Assembly (NCBI GenBank): GCA_964574605.1 | Contig: CAZNOK010000037.1 | Location: forward strand, 1-30,862 | Origin: an uncultured Verrucomicrobiota bacterium | GTDB lineage: Bacteria > Verrucomicrobiota > Verrucomicrobiia > Palsa-1439 | Direction: 5' to 3' | Length of the DNA: 30,862 bases | In this document: piece after piece, positions 1-7,353 of the stretch | How positions within the stretch are numbered: position 1 is the stretch's first letter | Layout of the letters: every line of letters starts with the position of its first letter | Made by a program: the position numbers and the translations under genes | The notes under the pieces: generated by a model | Told to the model about the DNA's origin: nothing | Seen by the model: only the letters and a program-made list of their open reading frames with translations | The model's database searches: none

Positions 1-56
1 ATCGGTTGGTTGGGAATGGCAGCGGCGGCAAACAGAGCAATGATGATTGTTTTCAT
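1..56 (-). CDS. Partial CDS (N-terminus only). ATG at 56-54 encodes MKTIIIALFAAAAIPNQP, which looks like a signal peptide. The gene continues past the window start.
   Basis: Reverse complement of 1-56 reads ATG AAA ACA ATC ATC ATT GCT CTG TTT GCC GCC GCT GCC ATT CCC AAC CAA CCG. The product has a hydrophobic, signal-peptide-like N-terminus. It is divergent from the gene at 132. Only 18 codons are visible. Confidence 0.25.
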   Translation of the reverse strand, partial: MKTIIIALFAAAAIPNQP

Positions 57-131
57 GGTGAATTGCGCCGCATGGTGGCGTTTTGTGAATGCAACGTCAA
101 GTGCGAGGTTTCTGTGATATGATTTGTGCCC

Positions 132-2891
132 ATGAAAGCTTTCATGGCGTTGATGTTGGCTGCGTCTGCGTGCGCGGTGGAACAGAGTTTCCTGTTGACC
201 GACAACAAGCCATCGCAGGATCTGAAGCTGCGCAATGCGGCCCGGATTGAAACAAAAGGCGCGTATCAACCCACGCCCACGTTTTCCGCCGTCGAGACCA
301 ATAAGACTCGCATCGCCTTTGCCGGCGGTGCGCTCACCGACGGCAACACCACCTACAACTACAAACACAGACCCATGCCATACGTTTATTGGCAAAACGT
401 TTCGCAGCCCGAATTGCTCGTGGACCTTGGCAAAGTCTTCTTCGTCGAGCGTGTGGCGGTTCATCTGCTCAACCCGGAAACCGGTCCGCACGGCACCAGC
501 GATGTGGACGTCTTCGTCACCGGCGATCCGTTGGAGCGGTCTGACATCCTCAAAGTGGGTCGCATCGCGCCGGCGCGAAACGGATGGAACGAACTGTCGG
601 TGAATCGCGCTGCTGATGGACTGCGGCTCGTGTTCCATCGCGCCGCAGGCAAGAGCTACGTCACGCTTTCCGAGATCGCTGTCTGGGGCCGTGAAGCAAC
701 GAAAGAACAAGCGGCGCAGGTGATTTCCATCCGCGCGACATCGCCGCGCCGCGAGCAAGACGGCATCACGTGGTGGGCGTTCGACTTCGGCCCGGCCAAC
801 TCGCCATCGTTCGCGCAGTTCCACGTCGCCGATGCGCGCTGCGTTTACTCGAAGGCGCAAGGCTTCGGCTGGATCAAGGGCGGGGCCAAACTGGAAGAGC
901 GCGAGCGCGTCGAGAAGACAAGACGCAAAGGATCAAGTTCCGTCAGCAATACGCTCTATCGCGACTTCGTGTCGTCGCAAGCGCGCCAGACATTCGCGCT
1001 TGACGTGCCTAATGGCGCATACCGCGTGATGACGTTTCACGGCGACACCGCTTACGGTCGTGCCGGCAAACAGCAGTTTCAGATCGAAGCGGAAAGCCGT
1101 GTCGCGGTTCCCGTAATTGTTTTCCCGCCGCCACTCATGACCAACATCGTTTTCGACGTGACGGTGGCAGACGGACAGTTGAACCTGACGTTCACGTCGG
1201 GGCCGTTCGTGCTCAACGGCCTCGTTGTCCTGCCGGCGGGAGTGTTTGCCGACAAACGCATCGCGATGATCCGCGCCGCCATCGAGCAGGAGAAGCAGTC
1301 ACTGTTCGCCACACAGTTCAAGGAGATGCCTTACATCGAGACCAACACGATGGTCACTGCCGCTGACCGCACACGCGGTTTCGTCGCGTGGACCCCGAAC
1401 TGGATGGAACTCATCTTCACCAACAGCGTGCCGACCGCCGCTGCCGTGGCGCGACCGTGCGCGACGTTCGCGACGCCCGGCGAATACGAGCCGGTGGCCG
1501 TGGCGTTGCGCGCGCTACTACCGTTGAAAGGCGTGCGAGTCGAGCCTGGCAACCTCACCGGTCCCGGCGGCGAAACGATTCCCGCCTCAGCGGTTGACGT
1601 CCGCACGGTCAAATGTTGGCCGCAACGTGTCGGTTCGTCGTGGAGTCACGATTGGCGCATTGTGCCGGAACTTCTCGAACAAGTTCCGGCCGTGGACGTG
1701 AACAGCGATTGCACACAGGAATTCTGGATCACCATCCACGTGCCGGACCGCGCGAAGCCGGGCGAGTATCGCGGCCCGTTGCGGGTCGTGACGGCTGACG
1801 GCCAGCGCTGGGAGACGACGCTGTGTCTGGAGGTGTTGCCGTTCGCGCTCGCGACGGCGGAGCGGGTTGTCGGAATGTATTGGCGCGACCAAAAAGGCGA
1901 GGCCGAATTGCTCGACCGGCAAGTGCGCGACATGGTCGAACACGGAATGCGCGCCGTCACCATCAGCCGTTCGCCGACAGTCAGCAACGTGGACGGCAAG
2001 CTCGTCGTGGATGCGAGCGAGTTGCTGGCGTCCTTGCAACGACTTCGCCGGCTCGGTCTCACCGGTCCGATTCCGTACAACAACAGTTTTGAGGGACTGC
2101 TCAAGCGCGCATTCCCGAAAGGCGATTTTGACAGTCTCTACGTCGGGTTGATCCGCGAGTTGGAAAAAGTTTCCAGCGATCCCACGGCGCTCAAGCTGCT
2201 CTACTATCCGGTGGACGAGATCGGCAACGCCGACGAGCGTGGCCGCAAGGCGCACGACCTCTGCGCGCTCATCGCGAAAGTGGCCGGCGCGACGAGCTAC
2301 ATCACGGTGAATAATTACAAGGCCGGCGAGAAATGGGGCGACACGTTCGACATTTGGTGTGGCAACATTGAGTACACTCTCGAACAGGAGCAGCGGTTGT
2401 TGGCGCGCGGCAAACGCTACATGCGTTACGGCTCGGCTTACCTGAACGACTGCCGAAAAGCGCGCAGCTCATGCGGCTTCGGTTTCTATCGCCGCCCCGC
2501 CGAGGCGATGTATTACTGGCATTACCAGGCTTTGACCGGCGATCCGTTCAACGACTTCGACGGCGACGCGCGCGACTGGTGCGCCGTCTATCCCGGCCCA
2601 AACGGCACGCTGATTCCGACCATGGATTGGGAGTCACTGCGCGAAGGCGTGGATGATCTGCGTTACATCGCGACGTTGAAACAACTGGCGGCGCGTGCCG
2701 AGAAGGGCAACGAAGCGCAAAAACGCGCGGCAGCGAAAGCGCGCGCCGAGCTTGTCGCCGTGCTCGCCAGCGACGTGGAAACCAACACCAAGCAATCCAC
2801 TTTCGCAGAGAACCTCAGCCACGACCACTACAACAATCTGCGCCGCCGTCTGGCGGATCGGATCGTGGAGTTGATAGAGATTTGCCGGTAG
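132..2891 (+). CDS. Secreted multidomain protein with an N-terminal F5/8 type C (discoidin)-like domain followed by a large glycoside-hydrolase-like region (DUF4091-like?).
   Basis: ORF 126..2891, 921 aa. Codon 126 is GTG and the first ATG is at 132 (MKAFMALMLAASACA, a signal peptide). The discoidin-like segment is VYWQNVSQPELLVDLGKVFFVERVAVH...LSEIAVWG. The C-terminal segment WESLREGVDDLRYIATL resembles GH-like DUF4091 proteins. The stop codon TAG at 2889-2891 lies inside REP-like hairpin A. Confidence 0.8.
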   Translation: MKAFMALMLAASACAVEQSFLLTDNKPSQDLKLRNAARIETKGAYQPTPTFSAVETNKTRIAFAGGALTDGNTTYNYKHRPMPYVYWQNVSQPELLVDLGKVFFVERVAVHLLNPETGPHGTSDVDVFVTGDPLERSDILKVGRIAPARNGWNELSVNRAADGLRLVFHRAAGKSYVTLSEIAVWGREATKEQAAQVISIRATSPRREQDGITWWAFDFGPANSPSFAQFHVADARCVYSKAQGFGWIKGGAKLEERERVEKTRRKGSSSVSNTLYRDFVSSQARQTFALDVPNGAYRVMTFHGDTAYGRAGKQQFQIEAESRVAVPVIVFPPPLMTNIVFDVTVADGQLNLTFTSGPFVLNGLVVLPAGVFADKRIAMIRAAIEQEKQSLFATQFKEMPYIETNTMVTAADRTRGFVAWTPNWMELIFTNSVPTAAAVARPCATFATPGEYEPVAVALRALLPLKGVRVEPGNLTGPGGETIPASAVDVRTVKCWPQRVGSSWSHDWRIVPELLEQVPAVDVNSDCTQEFWITIHVPDRAKPGEYRGPLRVVTADGQRWETTLCLEVLPFALATAERVVGMYWRDQKGEAELLDRQVRDMVEHGMRAVTISRSPTVSNVDGKLVVDASELLASLQRLRRLGLTGPIPYNNSFEGLLKRAFPKGDFDSLYVGLIRELEKVSSDPTALKLLYYPVDEIGNADERGRKAHDLCALIAKVAGATSYITVNNYKAGEKWGDTFDIWCGNIEYTLEQEQRLLARGKRYMRYGSAYLNDCRKARSSCGFGFYRRPAEAMYYWHYQALTGDPFNDFDGDARDWCAVYPGPNGTLIPTMDWESLREGVDDLRYIATLKQLAARAEKGNEAQKRAAAKARAELVAVLASDVETNTKQSTFAENLSHDHYNNLRRRLADRIVELIEICR

Positions 2892-2950
2892 GGGCGACCC
2901 GCCGGGTCGCCCGCAAAACCCAAAGGACGAGCCGGCGGCTCGTCCCTACC
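2888..2950. repeat. REP-like paired-hairpin element, copy A: gtagGGGCGACCCgccGGGTCGCCC, an 11-nt spacer, then GGACGAGCCggcGGCTCGTCCctacc.
   Basis: Two perfect GC-rich palindromes bounded by GTAGGG...CCCTACC. The element sits between the convergent genes 132..2891 (+) and 2952..3827 (-). It is the reverse complement of copies B and C2. Confidence 0.8.
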
Positions 2951-2951
2951 A

Positions 2952-3827
2952 TCAGAACGGGAAGAGCTTTCGCAATTCGTTCTTCGTTGGTTGCCGGCCA
3001 TACTCGCACAACTCGAAAGCCTCGGCGTGCTGAATCTTCGGACCGCGCTCGGAGCCGCACCATTCAATCAGCTCTTTGCGGAACCGGTCAGCGACCGCGC
3101 GAAACCGTTTGTCCTGACTGGAGCGAACCTGCTTGATTCGCTGTTCGCGTTGCGCCGCGTTGGCGGGCAGAAGCGATTCGTTGGCGAGGCAGCCGCCTTC
3201 GAGGAATTGCGATTCCATGAACGCCAACGCATCGAGTTTCTTTTCGATCACAGGGTCAATGTCCACCACGATGTCGGCCTTCGATGGGTTCGGTTTCTGA
3301 AACCGGTCGGTGTAGTAGAGGAAGACCGGATTCTTTCTCAGCGCCGGAACGTCAGGACAAAAAAACGGCACCGCGACCATGAACGCAGCGTCCTGCACGA
3401 GAATCGCCGTGTACCGGTGGTCAGGATGATAATCCCACGGACGCGGCCCCATCACGATGTCGGCGTTCCACTCGCGGATGAGACGGGTGATGGTGCGCCG
3501 GTTTTCCAGCGTCGGCATCAACTCGCCATCGTGGATGTCGAGCACCTCGGTGGCGACGCCAAGCACCTTGTGGGCCTTCTCCACTTCCGCCTTGCGCCGG
3601 CGCGCCAGTGGTCCGCCGGCCTCGCGCCAATGACCAATGTCGCCGTTGGTGGTTGCGACGAGTTTGACATGGTGGCCTTTGGCCGCCCAGAGTGCGGCGG
3701 AGCCGCCAGCTTGTAGTTCGCAGTCGTCGGGATGCGCGCCAAAACAAATGATGCGGAGTTTGCCGTCCTCGGCGGCGAAACAGGAGAATCCGAGTGTGAG
3801 AATCACGCAACACAATTTGATATTCAT
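2952..3827 (-). CDS. PIG-L/LmbE family N-acetylglucosaminyl deacetylase, secreted.
   Basis: 291 aa. Signal peptide MNIKLCCVILTLGFSCFAA. The motif FGAHPDDCELQAGG is the LmbE/PIG-L signature (AHPDDE). ATG at 3827 overlaps the upstream stop as ATGA. Confidence 0.85.
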   Translation of the reverse strand: MNIKLCCVILTLGFSCFAAEDGKLRIICFGAHPDDCELQAGGSAALWAAKGHHVKLVATTNGDIGHWREAGGPLARRRKAEVEKAHKVLGVATEVLDIHDGELMPTLENRRTITRLIREWNADIVMGPRPWDYHPDHRYTAILVQDAAFMVAVPFFCPDVPALRKNPVFLYYTDRFQKPNPSKADIVVDIDPVIEKKLDALAFMESQFLEGGCLANESLLPANAAQREQRIKQVRSSQDKRFRAVADRFRKELIEWCGSERGPKIQHAEAFELCEYGRQPTKNELRKLFPF

Positions 3828-5584
3828 GGTTTTCCTCCTTTGATGAATTCTTCCCGGCTCAGGAAGCCGTCTTTGTTCTTGTCGAACGACGGAAACCGTT
3901 TCGGGGCTTCGTCGGGGTCGGGTTGACCAGCGAGAAACTCTTCGAGGGTCAATTTACCGTCTTTGTTCTTGTCGCGCTTGTCGAACATCGCGCCGCGATC
4001 TTGTTTTGATTTGCTCGTCTTGGATTTCTTCGCCGGCTGGCCATCGGCGCGAACTTGTGGTTTCGCTTCGGGTTGCTTGGCGAGAATGGCGCGAAGTTCG
4101 GCGACGATGGCGGGCTTGTCGGCGGCGAGATTTTTCGTCTCGGCGGGGTCGGCTTCGTAGTCGTAAAGCTCGAATACAGCAGTGTCAGACGGAGCGCCGA
4201 TTTCCTTCCACTCGACCAACCGGTAACGGGCAGTGCGGACAGCACGGCCCAGCAGTTTGCCACGCGGATAAACGTGGAACACAGCTTCCTTCGTCGTGGC
4301 CGACGGACTTTTCAACGCCTTCACGAAACTCGCTCCGTCGAGACCTTGCGGCGCGGGCAGCCCGGCGAGTTCGCACAGCGATGGATAAATGTCCACGGTC
4401 TCGGCAAGCGCGCCGGTTTTCGCGCCGGGCTTGGCGACGCCGGGCGCGACGACGATAAACGGGATGCGGGCGGCTTGTTCGTAGTTGGTGTGTTTGCACC
4501 ACATCCCGTGGTCGCCGAGATGCCAGCCGTGGTCGCCCCAAAGAACGATGATGGTGTTCTTGGCAAAACCAAGTTGGTCGAGCGCATCGAGGACGCGGCC
4601 CACCTGCGCGTCCATGTAGCTGGTGGCGGCATGATAACCGTGGATGAGGAGGCGAATCTTCGCGTCATCGAGCGGGCCGACCTCAGGAATGTCGGTATAC
4701 TGGCGAAGTTCGCCCCAAGTGGTCGGCGCGAATTCCGGCGCACCGATGGGTGGCACCTTGAGCGTGGGGAGCGGAAACACGTCGCGCTTGTAGAGGTCCC
4801 AGTATTTTTTCGGCGCGACAAACGGCAGGTGTGGCTTGAGGAATCCGACGCCGATGAACCACGGCTCGCCGGGTTTTGCTTTCGCGGCACGCAGGCGGGC
4901 GATGGCTTCGTCAGCGATCAGTCCGTCAGGGTAAGTGTTATCCGGCACGTCAGCACATTCGGTGGCGGCGCCGCGCGGACCGCCGACTTTTGAAGGACGG
5001 GTGCTTGCGGTGCTTTCCTTGAGTTGGTATTGCGCTCCTCTGGGTTTCCAGTGCGGGACAGTCCACGAATCGGCATCTTCGTAGTTGCCGTGGCCGACGT
5101 GCATGATCTTGCCCATCGCCTCGGTACGGTAACCGTATTTCCGAAAATACTGCGCGACCGTGACGGCATCGGACACGGCCTTGCGGAAGTTCGTCGGCAA
5201 ATCGTAAATGCCGATGGACGATGAGCGCAGTCCGGTCATCAACGCGTTGCGGGACGGCGCGCAGACGGCCTGGTTGCAGAACGCGCGCTCGAAGAGTACG
5301 CCGCGCGTGGCGAGCCGGTCAATGTTCGGCGACTGGATGATGGGCGTGCCGTAGCAGCCGAGCAACGGTTTGAGGTCGTCCACGCAGATCAGGAGAACAT
5401 TTGGTTTGTCCGCAGCGCAAGCCGCCGCACACCAGAAGCTGACAGCCGCCCACAATAGCGCAGGTAGGGACGAGCCGCCGGCTCGTCCGCGTCGTTGGCA
5501 TTTCAACCCGCGGGCGACCCGGCGGGTCGCCCCTACCACAGCATTTTCAAGCAGAATTCCGGTCAGCATTGTTTTCATAATCAT
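3824..5584 (-). CDS. Formylglycine-dependent sulfatase with a C-terminal Lys-rich linker and paired EF-hand Ca-binding loops. The start is ambiguous.
   Basis: The motif CAPSRNALMTG (C-x-P-x-R) is present. The sulfatase core reads PNVLLICVDDLKP...GKIMHVGHGNYED. The C-terminus carries DKNKDGKLTLEEF and DKNKDGFLSREEF. ATG at 5584 overlaps the upstream TGA (ATGA), but that reading frame passes through REP-like copy B at 5464-5537. Alternative in-frame starts are GTG at 5539, TTG at 5506 and TTG at 5455. The TTG at 5506 would give MKCQRRGRAGGSSLPALLWAAVSFWCAAACAA|DKPN, a good signal peptide. The stop at 3824-3826 overlaps the PIG-L ATG. Confidence 0.85.
   Translation of the reverse strand: MIMKTMLTGILLENAVVGATRRVARGLKCQRRGRAGGSSLPALLWAAVSFWCAAACAADKPNVLLICVDDLKPLLGCYGTPIIQSPNIDRLATRGVLFERAFCNQAVCAPSRNALMTGLRSSSIGIYDLPTNFRKAVSDAVTVAQYFRKYGYRTEAMGKIMHVGHGNYEDADSWTVPHWKPRGAQYQLKESTASTRPSKVGGPRGAATECADVPDNTYPDGLIADEAIARLRAAKAKPGEPWFIGVGFLKPHLPFVAPKKYWDLYKRDVFPLPTLKVPPIGAPEFAPTTWGELRQYTDIPEVGPLDDAKIRLLIHGYHAATSYMDAQVGRVLDALDQLGFAKNTIIVLWGDHGWHLGDHGMWCKHTNYEQAARIPFIVVAPGVAKPGAKTGALAETVDIYPSLCELAGLPAPQGLDGASFVKALKSPSATTKEAVFHVYPRGKLLGRAVRTARYRLVEWKEIGAPSDTAVFELYDYEADPAETKNLAADKPAIVAELRAILAKQPEAKPQVRADGQPAKKSKTSKSKQDRGAMFDKRDKNKDGKLTLEEFLAGQPDPDEAPKRFPSFDKNKDGFLSREEFIKGGKP
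5464..5537. repeat. REP-like paired-hairpin element, copy B (reverse orientation of copy A).
   Basis: gtagGGACGAGCCgccGGCTCGTCCgc, a 21-nt spacer, then GGGCGACCCggcGGGTCGCCCctacc. This is the same unit as copies A and C2. It lies within the extended ORF of the sulfatase at 3824. Confidence 0.8.
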
Positions 5585-7227
5585 TTCCGCCCCATTGTAA
5601 CAAACTCCGCTTCGCTCAGCACGCCGTCCTTGTTCGCGTCGAACGTCGGATATCGCCGGCGGCCCTCGGTTTTGTCGGGGAACTTGGCGAGATATTCTTC
5701 GAGCGACATCTTGCCATCGTGGTTGGTGTCCCACGCCCTGAAGATGGCGGCGCGGTCAAGAGTGGGTTTGCCTTTCGCCTTGCCCTTGGCTGGCTGACGT
5801 TGCGATTCGAGCGGCTTGCCGGGGGCGACCAGCTCGCGCGCCTTGCTTGGCGGCAACGATTTCGCCCACGCCAGCGCCTTCGCGGTGAGCGTCTTTACAA
5901 CGTCCGGGTGTTCGGCGGCAATGTTGTGTTCCTCGGAGATGTCCTTCACGATGTCGTACAACTCGGCACCGGTCCCGTTGTGGTTGACGAACAGTCTCCA
6001 GTTGCCGTCGCGGATGGCCAGCATCGGCGGCGTGTATTCGTCGCCCCAGACGCGGAAGAGCCATTCCCAGTACAACGGTTTGCTGCGCGGACGCGATTTG
6101 CCAAGCCAGATGTCGCTCACATCTTCGCCGTCAGGCTGCACCGCTGCCGGCACGTTGACGCCAGTGAGTTTGCAGACAGTCGGCAACCAGTCCACGCCGC
6201 CAATCACACTCGTGTCGTCCACGCGACCTGCCGCAACGCGCCCCGGCCAGCGCAACAGGCCGAAGGTGCGGATGCCGCCTTCATACATGCTGCGTTTGCG
6301 GGCGCGCAACACCCCGGTCGAACCGACGCCGGCGTTGGCGGCGTTGCCGATCCGGTAATCTTCGGGGCCATTGTCGCTGGAGAAAAAGACAATAGTGTTA
6401 TCGGCGAGCTTCAGTTCGTCGAGTGCGTCGAGCAACCGGCCAATCTGCGTGTCGAGATCAGTCAACGATGCGCAGAAGATTTTCATCTGGATCTTCAAGT
6501 CTTTGGCTTGCGCGGCGTAGTTGCGCATCCATTTCGGAAACGCATCCGGCGATGGTTCCAGCTTTTCATAGACGGCGAGTTGTTCCGGTGTCGGGTTCAG
6601 CGGCGCGTGCGGCAAGAGCGTCCAGACGTTGGCGTAGAATGGCCGGTCCTTGTTGGCTTTGATGAACCGAATCGCCTCGTCCACGAACAGGCGCGTGGAC
6701 TTCGCCCAGAACGTCGTGGCCGGCTCTGTCCATGCGGGGTCGCGGCAAACCGTGGCACGCACGTCGTCAATGCCGTAGGCTTCGGGCATCGGTGCGTTAT
6801 CGCCGCCGCCGAGGTGCCACTTGCCGAAATGACCGGTGGCGTAGCCGGCTTGTTTCAGGAGCGACGTGATGGTCGGCGTCTTCGGGTCAAGCCAGTCGGG
6901 CATGTAACGCGCGACGTTCTGTTCGTGCGACGAGAAATGGCCGTGGATGTGATGCCGCGCCGGAAAATGCGAGGTCATGAACGCGCACCGGCTCGGCGAA
7001 CAAACCGTCGCCGCGACGTAAAACTGTTTGAACCACGTGCCCTGCTTGGCGAGCCGGTCGAGGTTCGGCGTCTTCACATACGGATGCCCGGCGAATTTCG
7101 CGTCGCCCCACCCTTGGTCATCAGTGAGGATGAAAATCACATTCGGCATCTTGGCCGTGGCGGAATAGCCGCAAAAAGACGCAAAGAGCGCAAGGAGGAC
7201 GGCAAATAATCTTCTCATGGCCGGCAT
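5581..7227 (-). CDS. Formylglycine-dependent sulfatase with a C-terminal paired EF-hand.
   Basis: The motif CSPSRCAFMTSHFP (C-x-P-x-R) is present. The N-terminal core reads PNVIFILTDDQGWGD. The C-terminus carries DTNHDGKMSLEEY and DANKDGVLSEAEF after a KGKAKGK linker. Codon 7242 is TTG. The ATGs at 7227 (MPAMRRLFAVLLALFASFCGYSATA) and 7218 are more plausible starts. The stop at 5581-5583 overlaps the ATG at 5584. Confidence 0.88.
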   Translation of the reverse strand: MPAMRRLFAVLLALFASFCGYSATAKMPNVIFILTDDQGWGDAKFAGHPYVKTPNLDRLAKQGTWFKQFYVAATVCSPSRCAFMTSHFPARHHIHGHFSSHEQNVARYMPDWLDPKTPTITSLLKQAGYATGHFGKWHLGGGDNAPMPEAYGIDDVRATVCRDPAWTEPATTFWAKSTRLFVDEAIRFIKANKDRPFYANVWTLLPHAPLNPTPEQLAVYEKLEPSPDAFPKWMRNYAAQAKDLKIQMKIFCASLTDLDTQIGRLLDALDELKLADNTIVFFSSDNGPEDYRIGNAANAGVGSTGVLRARKRSMYEGGIRTFGLLRWPGRVAAGRVDDTSVIGGVDWLPTVCKLTGVNVPAAVQPDGEDVSDIWLGKSRPRSKPLYWEWLFRVWGDEYTPPMLAIRDGNWRLFVNHNGTGAELYDIVKDISEEHNIAAEHPDVVKTLTAKALAWAKSLPPSKARELVAPGKPLESQRQPAKGKAKGKPTLDRAAIFRAWDTNHDGKMSLEEYLAKFPDKTEGRRRYPTFDANKDGVLSEAEFVTMGRK

Positions 7228-7287
7228 ACTTACCACAGTCAAACACCGTGGTGAAGCTCTGGTTGCAGGACGCGACCACCAGAGTCG

Positions 7288-7341
7288 TCATCACGCTCCG
7301 CGTGATGATTTTGAGGGCGATCCTCACGCGGAGCGTGAGGA
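7288..7341. repeat. Twin complementary hairpins, tcATCACGCtccGCGTGATga and tcCTCACGCggaGCGTGAGga, in the sulfatase-sulfatase intergenic gap.
   Basis: Hairpin 2 is the reverse complement of hairpin 1 (loop tcc versus gga) with one compensatory base-pair change (A:T to C:G). The spacer is ttttgagggcga. The pair sits in the 111-nt gap between the two sulfatase genes. Confidence 0.6.
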
Positions 7342-7353
7342 CTACTTCTCCGT

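Noticed and set aside
53-235. ORF 53..235 (-), 60 aa.
   Set aside because: It is in a different frame from the signal-peptide-like ORF fragment at 1..56, and it overlaps the start of the 132..2891 gene. It has no features of a real gene.
5719-7209. Long + strand ORFs: 5719..7209 (496 aa), 24824..26866 (680 aa), 15509..16750 (413 aa), 12117..13286, 13290..14309, 4055..4993, 2991..3716, 7459..8235, 9003..9731, 19042..19812, 21174..21839 and 23677..24738.
   Set aside because: All of them lie antisense to well-supported minus-strand genes with recognisable domains. Their translations are Arg/Ala/Gly-rich low-complexity sequence typical of open antisense frames in high-GC DNA, and they show no domain signatures or signal peptides.
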